This document shows positions 22,353 to 32,671 of a stretch of 64,000 nt of DNA, in pieces (within the stretch, counting starts at the first letter, position 1; each line of letters opens with the position of its first letter). Origin of the DNA: Trypanosoma brucei. Taxonomy: Eukaryota. Below the pieces are notes generated by a model. It ran no database searches, was not told where the DNA came from, and worked only from the letters and a program-made list of their open reading frames with translations. The translations under genes and the position numbers were made by a program. Location: positions 576,001-640,000 of the forward strand of contig CP000068.1 in the NCBI GenBank assembly GCA_000002445.1. The letters are read 5' to 3'.

Positions 22353-23000
22353 ATGCATTCCCTTTGGGTGCGCGTGGCAGAGATTTGTTCAATGGCTATG
22401 ATGAGTTGCTTTACTGGTGTTATGCTTCTCGTGGCTAGCAGCATCGTCATGTCGCAACTCCAGCCCCCGAAACCCATTATCAAAGATTTTAATGTGGGAA
22501 TTAGTCCATTGGTGCAAACGCGATTACCTCTCGTCTTTGCTCAGGGTGAATACCCCCCGCCTATGCAAGATGTGTTGTTGGTTGGAATTAGCCTCAAAGC
22601 CGATTTCTCCGCAGTGTGGGATTGGAACACAAAACACATGTACGTCGCTTGCATCGGCCGCTACCACACCAAAAGCAACATGACCGTTGGAGGAGTGAAT
22701 CTACAAAAAACACATGATGTGACGATATTTGACAAGGTGCTGCGTAGCAAGGAGGAAGCAGCCAATTGGACACTCGACAACGCGAAGAAGTACGCCCTCG
22801 AGAACGAGGAACTCGGTTCACTTGCAGGAGCGGCTGTGGAATTGATGATCCTATACCACCCGATGCGGCATTACGGGTACTCACCGTACTATACAGTACA
22901 GCCTGGTAAGAATCCGGTGATGTTCCAACTGCCAACCGCTTATGAGAAAAGAACTGAGGAGGACGACAAGAATGCCATGTGCAGCAGAGGATACGCGTAG
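22353..23000 (+). CDS. Signal peptidase complex subunit 3 (SPC22/23, SPCS3) homologue
   Basis: Track start 22332 is TTG; the ATG is at 22353. An N-terminal signal-anchor TM (LWVRVAEICSMAMMSCFTGVMLLVASSIV) is followed by FSAVWDWNTKHMYVACIGRYHTKSNMTVGGVNLQKTHDVTIFDKVL. This resembles the conserved SPCS3 core (DWN.K.L.Y....Y.TK.N..NQV.LWDKI). Confidence 0.55.
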   Translation: MHSLWVRVAEICSMAMMSCFTGVMLLVASSIVMSQLQPPKPIIKDFNVGISPLVQTRLPLVFAQGEYPPPMQDVLLVGISLKADFSAVWDWNTKHMYVACIGRYHTKSNMTVGGVNLQKTHDVTIFDKVLRSKEEAANWTLDNAKKYALENEELGSLAGAAVELMILYHPMRHYGYSPYYTVQPGKNPVMFQLPTAYEKRTEEDDKNAMCSRGYA

Positions 23001-23754
23001 ACGCCAAGTGAAACTGTAAAAAAATAAAGAGAAGACATTGCGATGTGGCTGTGGGCCAAACTGACGGCAGCGGGAGGAGGGGGAGGAGAAACGAGTCCGG
23101 CACGCATTTCAGTTGTAATGGTCGTCGTATGCCTGGTTCCCTTTTGCGTATCGTTTGTGAGTCTTGCAGTCATGTCGCATGCGCTTGTTGGTGCCAATGA
23201 GGGTGGGCGCACAGGTGAGTGATGTTGGACGCCGTTAACTGTAAATGTTGCGTGTTTTTTTTGGGGGGGTGAAAGAGGGAAGAAGGGGAAATGTGTGTGT
23301 TTGTGGTGACGTCATATTTTCATCACGGTCATCACAAACATAAGGAACAGTTCGCTGCTCTATTTCCTATTGTTGAAGTAATTGGGGAGGATCATCCGTC
23401 TTTGTTTCGTCTACTTGCCTCCTTTAGCTCTGTTTCATCTGCTATTCCCTTGTTAAATTTTAGGCCCTGATTCCTCGTGAGAAATTTGTTTACCCTTTCT
23501 CTGGCATCATATGCATACACGCATTTGCATACGTTAGTGTGTGTCCGTGTGCATGCATCTGTGTGTTCGACATGGCTTGCCCCATTTCCTCTGTTGTGAA
23601 GCCACCCTGGTTTACTTGTACCTTTGTGCTCTCCATCCTTCTCCCGTGTATTTCCTCTCGTTGCTGGAATCTCGTGCGCGTCAATTTCCGTGTGCACTTG
23701 GGACCTCTTGATTTGCTGCCCACCGTTGCATATCTGCAATCTGTGAGGTGAGTG

Positions 23755-23788
<34 letters not shown>

Positions 23789-23870
23789 TATATATTTGTT
23801 TACCTATTTGTCGGTTTGTACGCTTAGGTATATTCTCATTCGAGGGACCGTCATAATAGGCGATTAAAAA

Positions 23871-24446
23871 ATGCCAAAAAAGAAGCCACCATGTCCATCG
23901 GTTACGCCGCAGTTGTACGAGAAGAGCCATAAGCCTTCCGTAACGGTTGGTATGGGAATGAAGGGCAGCGCCGCCTCCACCGCGTGCTGGCGCGACCAAG
24001 TGGATAAAGAAGAACAGCTGCACGCCATTTGGGCAAAGCGGTACGACCGGCGGAGCAACGCACGGCTTGTAGAATCACTGAAGCGGACACTACAGCGAGA
24101 AAAGGACAGTGCTGAGCAGTATCGCAAAGACAATGATGCGTTGAGCACCATTTTATTCAGCAAAGACGTCTCTGATGCCGGGCGCCTGACAACTGTATAT
24201 TTAAAGGCTCGTAATCGGCTGGCGCCACAGGAAAAATATTTGAGAGCGCAAACAGCAGCACAAGAGGTGGGTTGGGGGATTCCTGAGGCCATGCGAGGTG
24301 GTGACAGCGTGGAATTTACCGGTACGCCTGCACTTCCTCGCCTAACAAAAGCATCTGCGATGGCATATAGGAGGCCGGACGACGAGGACCATGCGGAGTT
24401 GTTCGGCTACACATTGATGTGTTCGTTTTGCGGTGGGAAACCGTGA
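23871..24446 (+). CDS. Hypothetical basic protein (191 aa)
   Basis: ATG at 23871 directly after an A-rich leader. Same strand as the cluster. No recognisable domain. Confidence 0.5.
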   Translation: MPKKKPPCPSVTPQLYEKSHKPSVTVGMGMKGSAASTACWRDQVDKEEQLHAIWAKRYDRRSNARLVESLKRTLQREKDSAEQYRKDNDALSTILFSKDVSDAGRLTTVYLKARNRLAPQEKYLRAQTAAQEVGWGIPEAMRGGDSVEFTGTPALPRLTKASAMAYRRPDDEDHAELFGYTLMCSFCGGKP

Positions 24447-24532
24447 TTGTGTAAAGCCGCGGACAGGAGATGTAACGTCAGTTAGTGGGGATATGTAGAG
24501 AGGGAGAAGAAGAGAGGTGGTGTGGTGTCGTG

Positions 24533-24558
24533 TGGGATGGGATGGGATGGGATGGGAC
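24533..24558 (+). repeat. (GGGAT)5 pentanucleotide repeat with G-quadruplex potential
   Basis: tgggatgggatgggatgggatggga read directly, about 90 nt downstream of the stop of the 23871..24446 gene, preceded by ggtggtgtggtgtcgtg. Confidence 0.8.
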
Positions 24559-24951
24559 GACATGAGATGAGATTAATTGTCAACAACAATAACAAGAGCG
24601 GAGGCTGGGCTGAGGTCTGCGTGTGCGTGTGTGCAGCTGCAGTTGGTATGTACTAGAGAGAAGTGCGTGTACCGTGCACGGTTAGCCACAGGTGGCTGGG
24701 TTCCGAAACGGTCTGAAGTGTGTGCCTTTGGATTTTAAGCTATATGTGTATGAATGGAAGTGTACGGAAGCGATGGAGTAGGGAAAATGTATAAATATAT
24801 TTATTTGTTTATACAAACAACGTGCTCGTAAACGTGCGATTTACGAGGGGAAGGGGTCTATGTGTTTTACCTCTTTTCCTTACTTTTGCCGTTTGCAACT
24901 GATCTCCACTTCACTGTAATATTTATTTGACAAGAATTAGACAAGTAAACA

Positions 24952-24983
<32 letters not shown>

Positions 24984-25909
24984 CCACGCTGTTCCTTGAC
25001 TGATAGTACCGTAACTGTCTTGTGTCATTTCCTTTTTCCCCCGCTCTGGTGATATCGTTATTGATCCTCCGCTGCCCGTATCATTTAGTGAAGTTTCCTC
25101 CAAATAGATGTTCATATGTTGTTAGCGACGAGTCAATCACTAAGGGAGTCCGTAATTGTCCCGTAAAAGGATGTACGCCAATAAAATCCAGCAGGAGAAT
25201 GCCGAGGTGCATCAGAGCCCCGCACGATAAAAGAGGCGAAGGGTGAGGTTGCTCATACACTGTGAATTGGTAGTGTAGCGAGCGGATACTTTTCTTTTTT
25301 TAGGGGGATTTTTTTTTTCGTATGTCCGTTTTCGGGTGTTCATATGGATAGAAATATTCAAATTACACAGCACATACACTGTGCAGGAGAGTAGTAGATG
25401 TTGCCTCAGTATTTTTAAACTTTGTTTTGTTTTATTTTCTTTTTTCAAAGAAAAAAAATTCTGACAAAGGGGCCGCAAGGATGGATACGTTTGTGTGAAC
25501 AGTAGCATCATATGGTATGATCGTGCATGTATGTGTTTCTATCCTTGTGCTGATAATAATGATAGCTCTTGTACTTTCCCTCTTCTCCCTATTCATTCTC
25601 CACGTTTTTGTAATGTCACAGCGCGATACCACCACTTGTGATTAAAAAAGTGGGGAATTGGATAGAGCCCGCATCGCCGCTAGTGAAGAAAGCATCACAG
25701 CGGCTGCAGTTTGCGCATTTGAAATAGCGGTGGACACAAAGTGGGAAGGAAGGAAGACAATTTTACGAGCTTGCAGGCGAAAAGAGATTTAACACCGTCG
25801 CGTAGGTGAGGAGTACCCCTTCAAGTTGCGCCCATCACATCTCCAGGCGCGCACACGCGTACACAAATATATATATATATATTTGTGTTTATATAATTAG
25901 CTCCCTGAT

Positions 25910-27745
25910 ATGGAGGAAGTGCAACCGCTCAACGTCCGCATTGTGCGCGAAGCGGGGGATCGTAGAAAGGTGAAGCTCTTTTTGCATAATACATCAGGTA
26001 CAGAGCGGGAAGGGTACCCCGTCATGTTTTCGATTAGGTGCTGTGAACCTGATTTCTACATCCCTGTTGGTATAGAAACCACAGATGGAATATTGCTTTC
26101 AGGTGAGTGCCGTGGCGTGTTGCTTCAGCTCCGTGACCCGAAAAAACGGGCGCAGAGTTGGGGCATGGAGCGCGAGGGGAAGTTTGTAAAGTGGGGTGTT
26201 ATAAACGAACAACAGATGAGGGTGTCGTGTGGGCCGAATGTGCGAGCTTCTGTGGAGGCCGTAAGCCGTTTTGGTAATGGTAGTTTGGATGCACTGCACA
26301 GCTTTCGGGATTCGGACAGCTCTTTTTTGACAACTGGAAACAGGTATGATTTTGGTGTAGAATCGAGTGGGGGTGTTGTGAGAGGATCACCTTTGCAGCG
26401 CAGCAGTGTGAAGTCGTGGAATGCGGTGGTGCCATCCGTACTGCCAAGTGATGGTGGCAGCGCGAAACACTTGAGGTTATCCGCATCCGAGGAATCACAC
26501 ACCCCAGGCTCTCTGGAAGATGAGCTGGTTCATTCCAGTGTTCGCAGCTCGCGTTCTCCACTTTGTACGGATAGTTCCCGTTGCTCATCTTCTCTCTTTG
26601 TGCATTACACACGCTTGGGTGGAGAAAAACGGTCCATAGCTGCTGCTAAGGAGTGGTTGGAGGCTCAGCAGAGTAAGTACAACAGATGGTTGGAGAAGGT
26701 CCACCGCTTACAAGGAAAAGACACTGCTGGTGTGAATTCACCGCCAACAACTGTCGCCTCTGCCCCGGCTCCTGCCACCCCACATTTTTCGGCACTTTGT
26801 GAGCCAGTGCGCTGGGTGAAGAGGCCGCAAAAGGCACCCGCAAATCTGAAGTTGTCAGCTTTTTGGCGCAAGCCCTTTAGCAAGGGTTCAGCTAAACTAT
26901 TGAAGGTGGGAAAGGAGTCAAATCTCTGCATCCGAGTGTCGTGTGAACTCGACGATCCCAACAGGAGCGCAACGGACATCAAACATTCAGGGGGACCGCT
27001 ATCAGACGGACTGTTGCGTTTGAATACAGCGCCCTCGCACATTGGGTTTTTAAGGAGAGAACAACCACCGGTCACCGGTGAAGTTCAGCGGTACGAGCAT
27101 TCCGAAGACGTGCGGAGTAGCAACGGGAACCGCCGCAAAATCCCTGAGGACACAACAGATCGTAGTCCTACAGCACTATTCCGATTGGAAAGGCATGAGA
27201 ATCAGGTGGCCACCGGTCGCATTCCATTCGGGAAGTTGGACCCCCCTGCACGTGGTGATGTGGATGTGGGTTGTTCCGCATCAACTCGGTCGGATTTCGC
27301 TGCAACGCTGAATGGAAAACAATCCTTACACGCAGAGCCGCATGTTGTTCACAAGGAAGTGACAAACTGCCCGACGCCAAATGGCTCGGCTTCACCTTTA
27401 GACGATAGGGCTGACAAGCCGAGTATGTCAGAGAAACTGCATCTGATGCGGTGGGACAAAACCATGAGTATATTGAGGAATTTAAGTGCTCCACAGATGG
27501 GTGCTGCAATTTGTGAATTTGTTAAGCGGTGTTCTCCACATCTGGAGTCGTTGGGGACTGTGACTTTGAATACGGTGGTACGAGGCCTGCATTCGGTTGG
27601 TAACACAATTGAAGGTTCCATTAACACTTTGCACGTTGTAGTGTTATCTGTGCTTTTCGTGGCGACGATTTGTCTTTTGTTTGCTATTATTAGGGGGGAT
27701 AGTTACAGTAATGAATTAGATATTGCTATGAGTGAAATCGGCTAA
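25910..27745 (+). CDS. Tail-anchored protein with an N-terminal MSP (major sperm protein)-like domain; possible VAP-family protein
   Basis: The N-terminus (VKLFLHNTSGTEREGYPVMFSIRCCEPDFYIPVGIETTDGILLSGECRGVLLQL) follows the MSP-fold pattern L.L.N.S...V.F.I......Y.P..G.I..G. There is a single C-terminal TM (LHVVVLSVLFVATICLLFAII), about 30 aa from the end. Confidence 0.45.
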   Translation: MEEVQPLNVRIVREAGDRRKVKLFLHNTSGTEREGYPVMFSIRCCEPDFYIPVGIETTDGILLSGECRGVLLQLRDPKKRAQSWGMEREGKFVKWGVINEQQMRVSCGPNVRASVEAVSRFGNGSLDALHSFRDSDSSFLTTGNRYDFGVESSGGVVRGSPLQRSSVKSWNAVVPSVLPSDGGSAKHLRLSASEESHTPGSLEDELVHSSVRSSRSPLCTDSSRCSSSLFVHYTRLGGEKRSIAAAKEWLEAQQSKYNRWLEKVHRLQGKDTAGVNSPPTTVASAPAPATPHFSALCEPVRWVKRPQKAPANLKLSAFWRKPFSKGSAKLLKVGKESNLCIRVSCELDDPNRSATDIKHSGGPLSDGLLRLNTAPSHIGFLRREQPPVTGEVQRYEHSEDVRSSNGNRRKIPEDTTDRSPTALFRLERHENQVATGRIPFGKLDPPARGDVDVGCSASTRSDFAATLNGKQSLHAEPHVVHKEVTNCPTPNGSASPLDDRADKPSMSEKLHLMRWDKTMSILRNLSAPQMGAAICEFVKRCSPHLESLGTVTLNTVVRGLHSVGNTIEGSINTLHVVVLSVLFVATICLLFAIIRGDSYSNELDIAMSEIG

Positions 27746-29543
27746 TGCGAGGTTTTGATGAAACGGAAAAGGAAAGAAAAAATATGAAACAGTGACAACC
27801 GGACTGCTGGCGGTCATGGCGGAAAACGTTTGTGATAAGGAGCCATATGCCCAATTCAGTAACGAAATAAAAGACGCAGGAAAAGGAAAAGAGGTTTTCG
27901 TTTTGTTTTTGTTTTGTGTTTCCCTACTTCTAATAAGTGCACGATAACAAGATATGAATGCGTCCGCGTGTGCAGGATATGCACACATATGTTCATGTAG
28001 GGGAGTAATGCAATTCGTCGGCGTAAGGAGGCGGCTGTGCGCTGGTTTATTAGTGACATGTGTGTGATTCCACACTTTCACATTTTCCCCGATCTCAGAT
28101 GAGCAAGGTGTTTCATCGTTCCTTTATATGTGTATCCTTACACTCTGTGCTTCATTTATTTATTTATTTCTTTTAAAACATGTTTATTTTGGTTCATCCC
28201 TGGGTCCGAGCGTAACTTACTCCGATTGTCTACAATTATTACTATTATTATTATTATTATCGTCCCACCCATGTGCCTCCGTTTCTTCTTTGTTGTTGTC
28301 CTTCCGGCAGACCTATGCATATCCGAAAGGGAGTTCAAGGGTAGTCGTGCGAATTTGTCGCTGGATGCTTTTCTTTTTTTTGTGTGTGTTATTGCTTGTT
28401 TCGTTTGGGCGTGTGATTATGAAAAGATGTGTGTGGGGAAAAGGGATTCTAAAGAAGGAAGAAAAAAAAACAATTTAAAGGGGAGGGGGAAAAGAAAAGG
28501 GGAAAGGGGGGAGGGAAGATGCACAAACACACGAATGGATGAAATTCTTTGCTGGTATATATATATATATATAATATAATATAATATTACTATATTTTCA
28601 TAAGTAATATGTGTTCCCATATGCATGAATGCCTGAGTGTATGTTTGTGCGTTAACGCACACCGTTTGGAAAGTCATTAAATCACTCGAGCGGTTCAAAA
28701 AAAAATAAATTGGAATCCAAGCAGTCGACTAAAGCAGTGGAGCGAATAGTGACGGGGGGGAAAAAAAATAAAAATGAGGAAAAGGAAAAAGGATCCGGTT
28801 AAAATATGCAGCGGAATAGTGCAAAGATGCTCAGTTCCCTCTTGGGTTGCGCTCAGTTGCCATTTTTTTTTCTTTTTTGCTTAACTGCCATATTTCACTT
28901 TAACCTATTCCCCTCTCATGTCTTCCAACCAAAGAAAAAAAAGAGAGAGATCGCAACGTTTTCACGGGCGCGTAACGCAAACGTAAAAATATAATCAAAG
29001 CAGTGGCTAAGGTTTGCAAAGGAGCGGCGGTAAAAGGAAAATGAAAGAAAAGAGGAAGATGTTGGGGTGCTGTCCTCTTTTTTTTTTTATTTCTTCACTT
29101 TTCTTTCCCAGCTCCGCCACCTCTGTTACCTTTTTTTTTTGATTTATTGTTTTTTTTTTAATTTTCTTATTTAACTTTTTATTTCGCTTTCAACCCTTTC
29201 AAAACAGAGCTCGTCAAAAACCCTTGCGACTTTAGCTCTTCTTTTTTTGTTGTTTTTATTCGTATTTGCTTGGGAAGGGGTGCGGGGCTTGCAGGAAAGG
29301 AAAGTGTGGGAATCTTAAAGGAAAATTAAAGTGCTAAATCTTTTTTTGTTTTGTTTTTTTTTTTGCTTCACTTTGGTGGTTTGGGTCAGTTCTGTAAATT
29401 TTACCGGCAGTTCGGGGCATCTGCTGGTGTTGAAAAGAAACGAAGAGAAGGAGCAGATATAAGCGTTGCTCATTTCCTTCATTTCTTGCCATTGTCTTCT
29501 TCTATCAGAAGAAGAAAAACAAAATGGAAACGTAAGCTCAAAC

Positions 29544-29546
<3 letters not shown>

Positions 29547-29582
<36 letters not shown>
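29547..29582. repeat. (AT)n microsatellite, about 18 units
   Basis: Read directly, in intergenic DNA. Confidence 0.9.
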
Positions 29583-29584
<2 letters not shown>

Positions 29585-29899
29585 GTATACGTGTGCCTGC
29601 GGGTGAATGCGTGTTTAACTGCTTGTAGCCGTATTTGCTCATGTGACGTGAAATTAGCAGACAAATATGTACGTATGTTTGTGTGTACAGTTTGTGCGGG
29701 TGAAAGAAAAGGAATGTTTTGATATGTTTAATGATATAGCATATGTGCTTGTGTATGGGCTGTCATTCTAATTGGCCGGGACCTGAAGCAAATTTTCTGT
29801 TTTGTTCTATTCTGTTTGTTTTATATATTTGCTCTTTCAACCTATAGCTGTAGTCCACGCACTGTGGTGAGGTAACTGGGTTTGTGCGTGTGGCTTTAA

Positions 29900-31042
29900 A
29901 TGATCAATGAAGCAGCTGCTGAAACCTCAAGCAGTACTGCTGTAGCGCCGCTAAACCCGATAGAATATCCCATCGTCTTTACTAAGGAAGATGGGGTGAT
30001 ACCTGCAGTGGGAATATTTAACGCACTACAGTGGTTATTGCCCCTGTTTCAACTTGCCACGTGGTTACCGAAACATGTCGGGCGCGAAGGGAATATAAAA
30101 GGGCTTGCGTCGGCCACAAAAAACACTTCTACAGCTTCCGAGGAGGAAATTGAGTTAACCCGCAGTCTCCTTCCTCATTTTGAGCAGTTCTTCACTGTGG
30201 AGAGTAAAGTTGTCCCCAACGGCTCGATGTTGCGCTCAGTGCAAACTTTCCGCTACCCAACGCCACGAGGGCCGCGTACCATCACACGAGCATTAGTTGA
30301 AGCCCCTAATAAATACTTTTCGCCTCTTCATGCAGCAAAGGGGGGTGGCCACTTCTTGTGTTGTTACGAAGACAGGGAGTTGTTACGTCATTTCACCTAC
30401 CTCGAACTGGACCAACTTCGCTTTGCATGGGTTGCGGGGAAGGAGTTGGTGGCGGAGCATAAAGCAGTACATCAGACGGACGGCACACTCACCGGGCTCG
30501 CCAGGCGCGATATAAAAAATAATAACAGCGGCACTGCTGCAGAAAATGGAGAAGGGAATGTTACAAACTCCCGTGCTGGACAGGGATGTTATGGCAATGG
30601 AAATAATAATAACAACAACAACGATAATGTGGCTGCTGGCAATGGCGCTACGGCTCCACCACCTGTGGTGAGGCGGCCGCATCCCAGCAGTAATGTTATA
30701 ACCGGCCCTAGTCAGGAGTTGCGTAAAGCAAGAGAAGAAAAGCAGGAAAAGAAATATATGAGTGATTTGTTGCGTGACGAATGCACCACCCGCTGGCCAC
30801 ACACACCAGTGCATAAATCCGTCATTTTTAGTTTGGAGGAACAACAGGCGGAAACCGTTGGGGGACGGCCAGGCCGTAAGGGTCCGCGCATGTACTTGGC
30901 AACGGTGGAGCTACCGCTGCTTAATGGTAAGAAAGGTGGAACCGCTTCCTTTAAGGCACAGCAGTGGTGCACAACAAAAAAGGATGCGGAGAATGCAGCG
31001 GCTGAGGTGGCGCTGCGTGCGTTGAGAACATTAAAACTATGA
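29900..31042 (+). CDS. Hypothetical protein with a C-terminal dsRNA-binding-domain-like motif
   Basis: ATG at 29900. The C-terminal 70 aa (...GPRMYLATVELPLLNGKKGGTASFKAQQWCTTKKDAENAAAEVALRALRTLKL) resemble the beta3-alpha2 part of a dsRBD (G.G.SKK.A...AA..AL..L). An N/G-rich low-complexity stretch lies in the middle. Confidence 0.5.
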   Translation: MINEAAAETSSSTAVAPLNPIEYPIVFTKEDGVIPAVGIFNALQWLLPLFQLATWLPKHVGREGNIKGLASATKNTSTASEEEIELTRSLLPHFEQFFTVESKVVPNGSMLRSVQTFRYPTPRGPRTITRALVEAPNKYFSPLHAAKGGGHFLCCYEDRELLRHFTYLELDQLRFAWVAGKELVAEHKAVHQTDGTLTGLARRDIKNNNSGTAAENGEGNVTNSRAGQGCYGNGNNNNNNNDNVAAGNGATAPPPVVRRPHPSSNVITGPSQELRKAREEKQEKKYMSDLLRDECTTRWPHTPVHKSVIFSLEEQQAETVGGRPGRKGPRMYLATVELPLLNGKKGGTASFKAQQWCTTKKDAENAAAEVALRALRTLKL

Positions 31043-31061
31043 CTGCACCACTGTTTAGGGG

Positions 31062-31063
<2 letters not shown>

Positions 31064-31106
<43 letters not shown>
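31064..31106. repeat. (TA)n microsatellite, about 21 units
   Basis: Read directly. It begins 22 nt after the stop codon of the 29900..31042 gene. Confidence 0.9.
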
Positions 31107-31109
<3 letters not shown>

Positions 31110-31843
31110 TATGTGTGTGTTGCCATGCACACAATACGTAGTGCAACGATATGGTTTATTTTTCCGAAATTACTGTGGCATTCAATTTTTTGGACGTATC
31201 GCTTACACTACGAGATGGCTCTTTGCAGATGTGCAAAGTTACGTCTTTTTCCTCCTTTACACAATATGTCGCTGTCGCTCCGTTTTCCTGAAGTAATAAT
31301 AATAACGATTACAACTTACAACTTGGACGGCAATGGTTGTACATTTCTGGAATTTGCCAGCGCGCAAACGGGTTTGCACAGGAATAGTACGTTGTGTAAA
31401 GAAAAGAGGAAAAAGATTGTCCTTCGCGGTTACGAAGTGTGTACAACTTGGGTGGGAGAAAATGCATATGTGTGCTTGTTAGTTTCTTTGTTTGCTTGCA
31501 TATATAAGTACATATCCTGTGTCTCCCTTTTTTTTCTTTTTTTTTTGTGTGTGTGTGTGCATGCGTCGTGGTTTCCAAGGTGAACAACGAAACAACAACA
31601 GCAACAATTTTGTAGAACGCGTTAAATCTCAGTAGCGACACAACCACGCATTGGTGAAGAAGGAACCGAAGGAAAAGGAGCTTGAACTAAAAAAGTAATA
31701 CGGTGGAAACAAAAAATACCTAAAGAGAGGCAATTGAGGAATATATAGGTGGATTCTTCCCTCCTTGCCTTTGTTATATTTGTTACTCGGTTTTGCACCC
31801 TCAAAACAAACAAAGACAAAAAGACAAAAAACAAATTTTTGAA

Positions 31844-32671
31844 ATGGAGTCATATCCCAACAGCCCAGACTCGAGTCCGTGCGAGGAACATGCGGCAGTG
31901 GTTCATGACCACCAACAATACCACGACATAATTGATGACATTCCCGTGGTGGAATCTTATGATTGCTCCCGCAGCTTCACAGTAACGGAATACAACCCCG
32001 TGACAGAAATACCCCATTCAGAGGAGGATGGTAGCGAAGGGGATTTGCAATATGATTTCATCAATAGGGGTGATGTCTTCTCAGAACTTGGTGGCGCATT
32101 GGCAACAGAAGGAATAAGCACCAGATCCAGTGGTTTTGTACCGGCTGTGGAATCGGAAGGTGATTGGTCTCCCACATTACCACCGCATCGTGCCGCTCTT
32201 TCCATGGATCGTATGGATGGTATTTCTGAGCCCCAACTGCGGATGGAGCGCGTGGCACCACACCGCACCCTCACACCAGAGGAAGTTCGCGAGCTCTTAA
32301 ATAAGAGAAATGAAGCCATAAAGAAAGAAAGAGCGTTTCCTCTTAGGGGTGGATCGCGTTACACTTATCATCAGCAGCGGCAATACCGACCTGTGCGACG
32401 TGCAGGAGGCCAAATGCGGCACTACACGCACACGAGTGGGCAAACGGAAAATCTCGTGCTTTTGGTTCCTCATGGAACTGCAGCGACGGCTACGGTGGTT
32501 CCAGACGCGTGTATGCAACAACCGCAATTTATTGGTGTTCAGGCGGTGGTATTAAACGCTGGGCAGCGGCCATTTGGTCTGCCGTCATCCCCGCAACAAC
32601 ATGTGTGCATGCATCTGCAACCGTCTCAACTGCAGCCGCATCATGGGATTGGGCAGTTTTACTATTTTTAA
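31844..32671 (+). CDS. Hypothetical protein (about 275 aa)
   Basis: The track ORF 31793..32671 starts in an A-rich leader. The plausible ATG is at 31844 (MESYPNSPD). Acidic N-terminus and Q/H-rich C-terminus. Confidence 0.5.
   Translation: MESYPNSPDSSPCEEHAAVVHDHQQYHDIIDDIPVVESYDCSRSFTVTEYNPVTEIPHSEEDGSEGDLQYDFINRGDVFSELGGALATEGISTRSSGFVPAVESEGDWSPTLPPHRAALSMDRMDGISEPQLRMERVAPHRTLTPEEVRELLNKRNEAIKKERAFPLRGGSRYTYHQQRQYRPVRRAGGQMRHYTHTSGQTENLVLLVPHGTAATATVVPDACMQQPQFIGVQAVVLNAGQRPFGLPSSPQQHVCMHLQPSQLQPHHGIGQFYYF

Noticed and set aside
385-24292. Antisense ORFs overlapping the + strand genes (for example 385..777(-), 5797..6501(-), 11027..11722(-), 14308..14751(-), 23864..24292(-))
   Set aside because: Each is shorter than, and entirely embedded in, a long sense ORF of a unidirectional cluster. 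Their composition is biased (R/S/P-rich). They are not supported.
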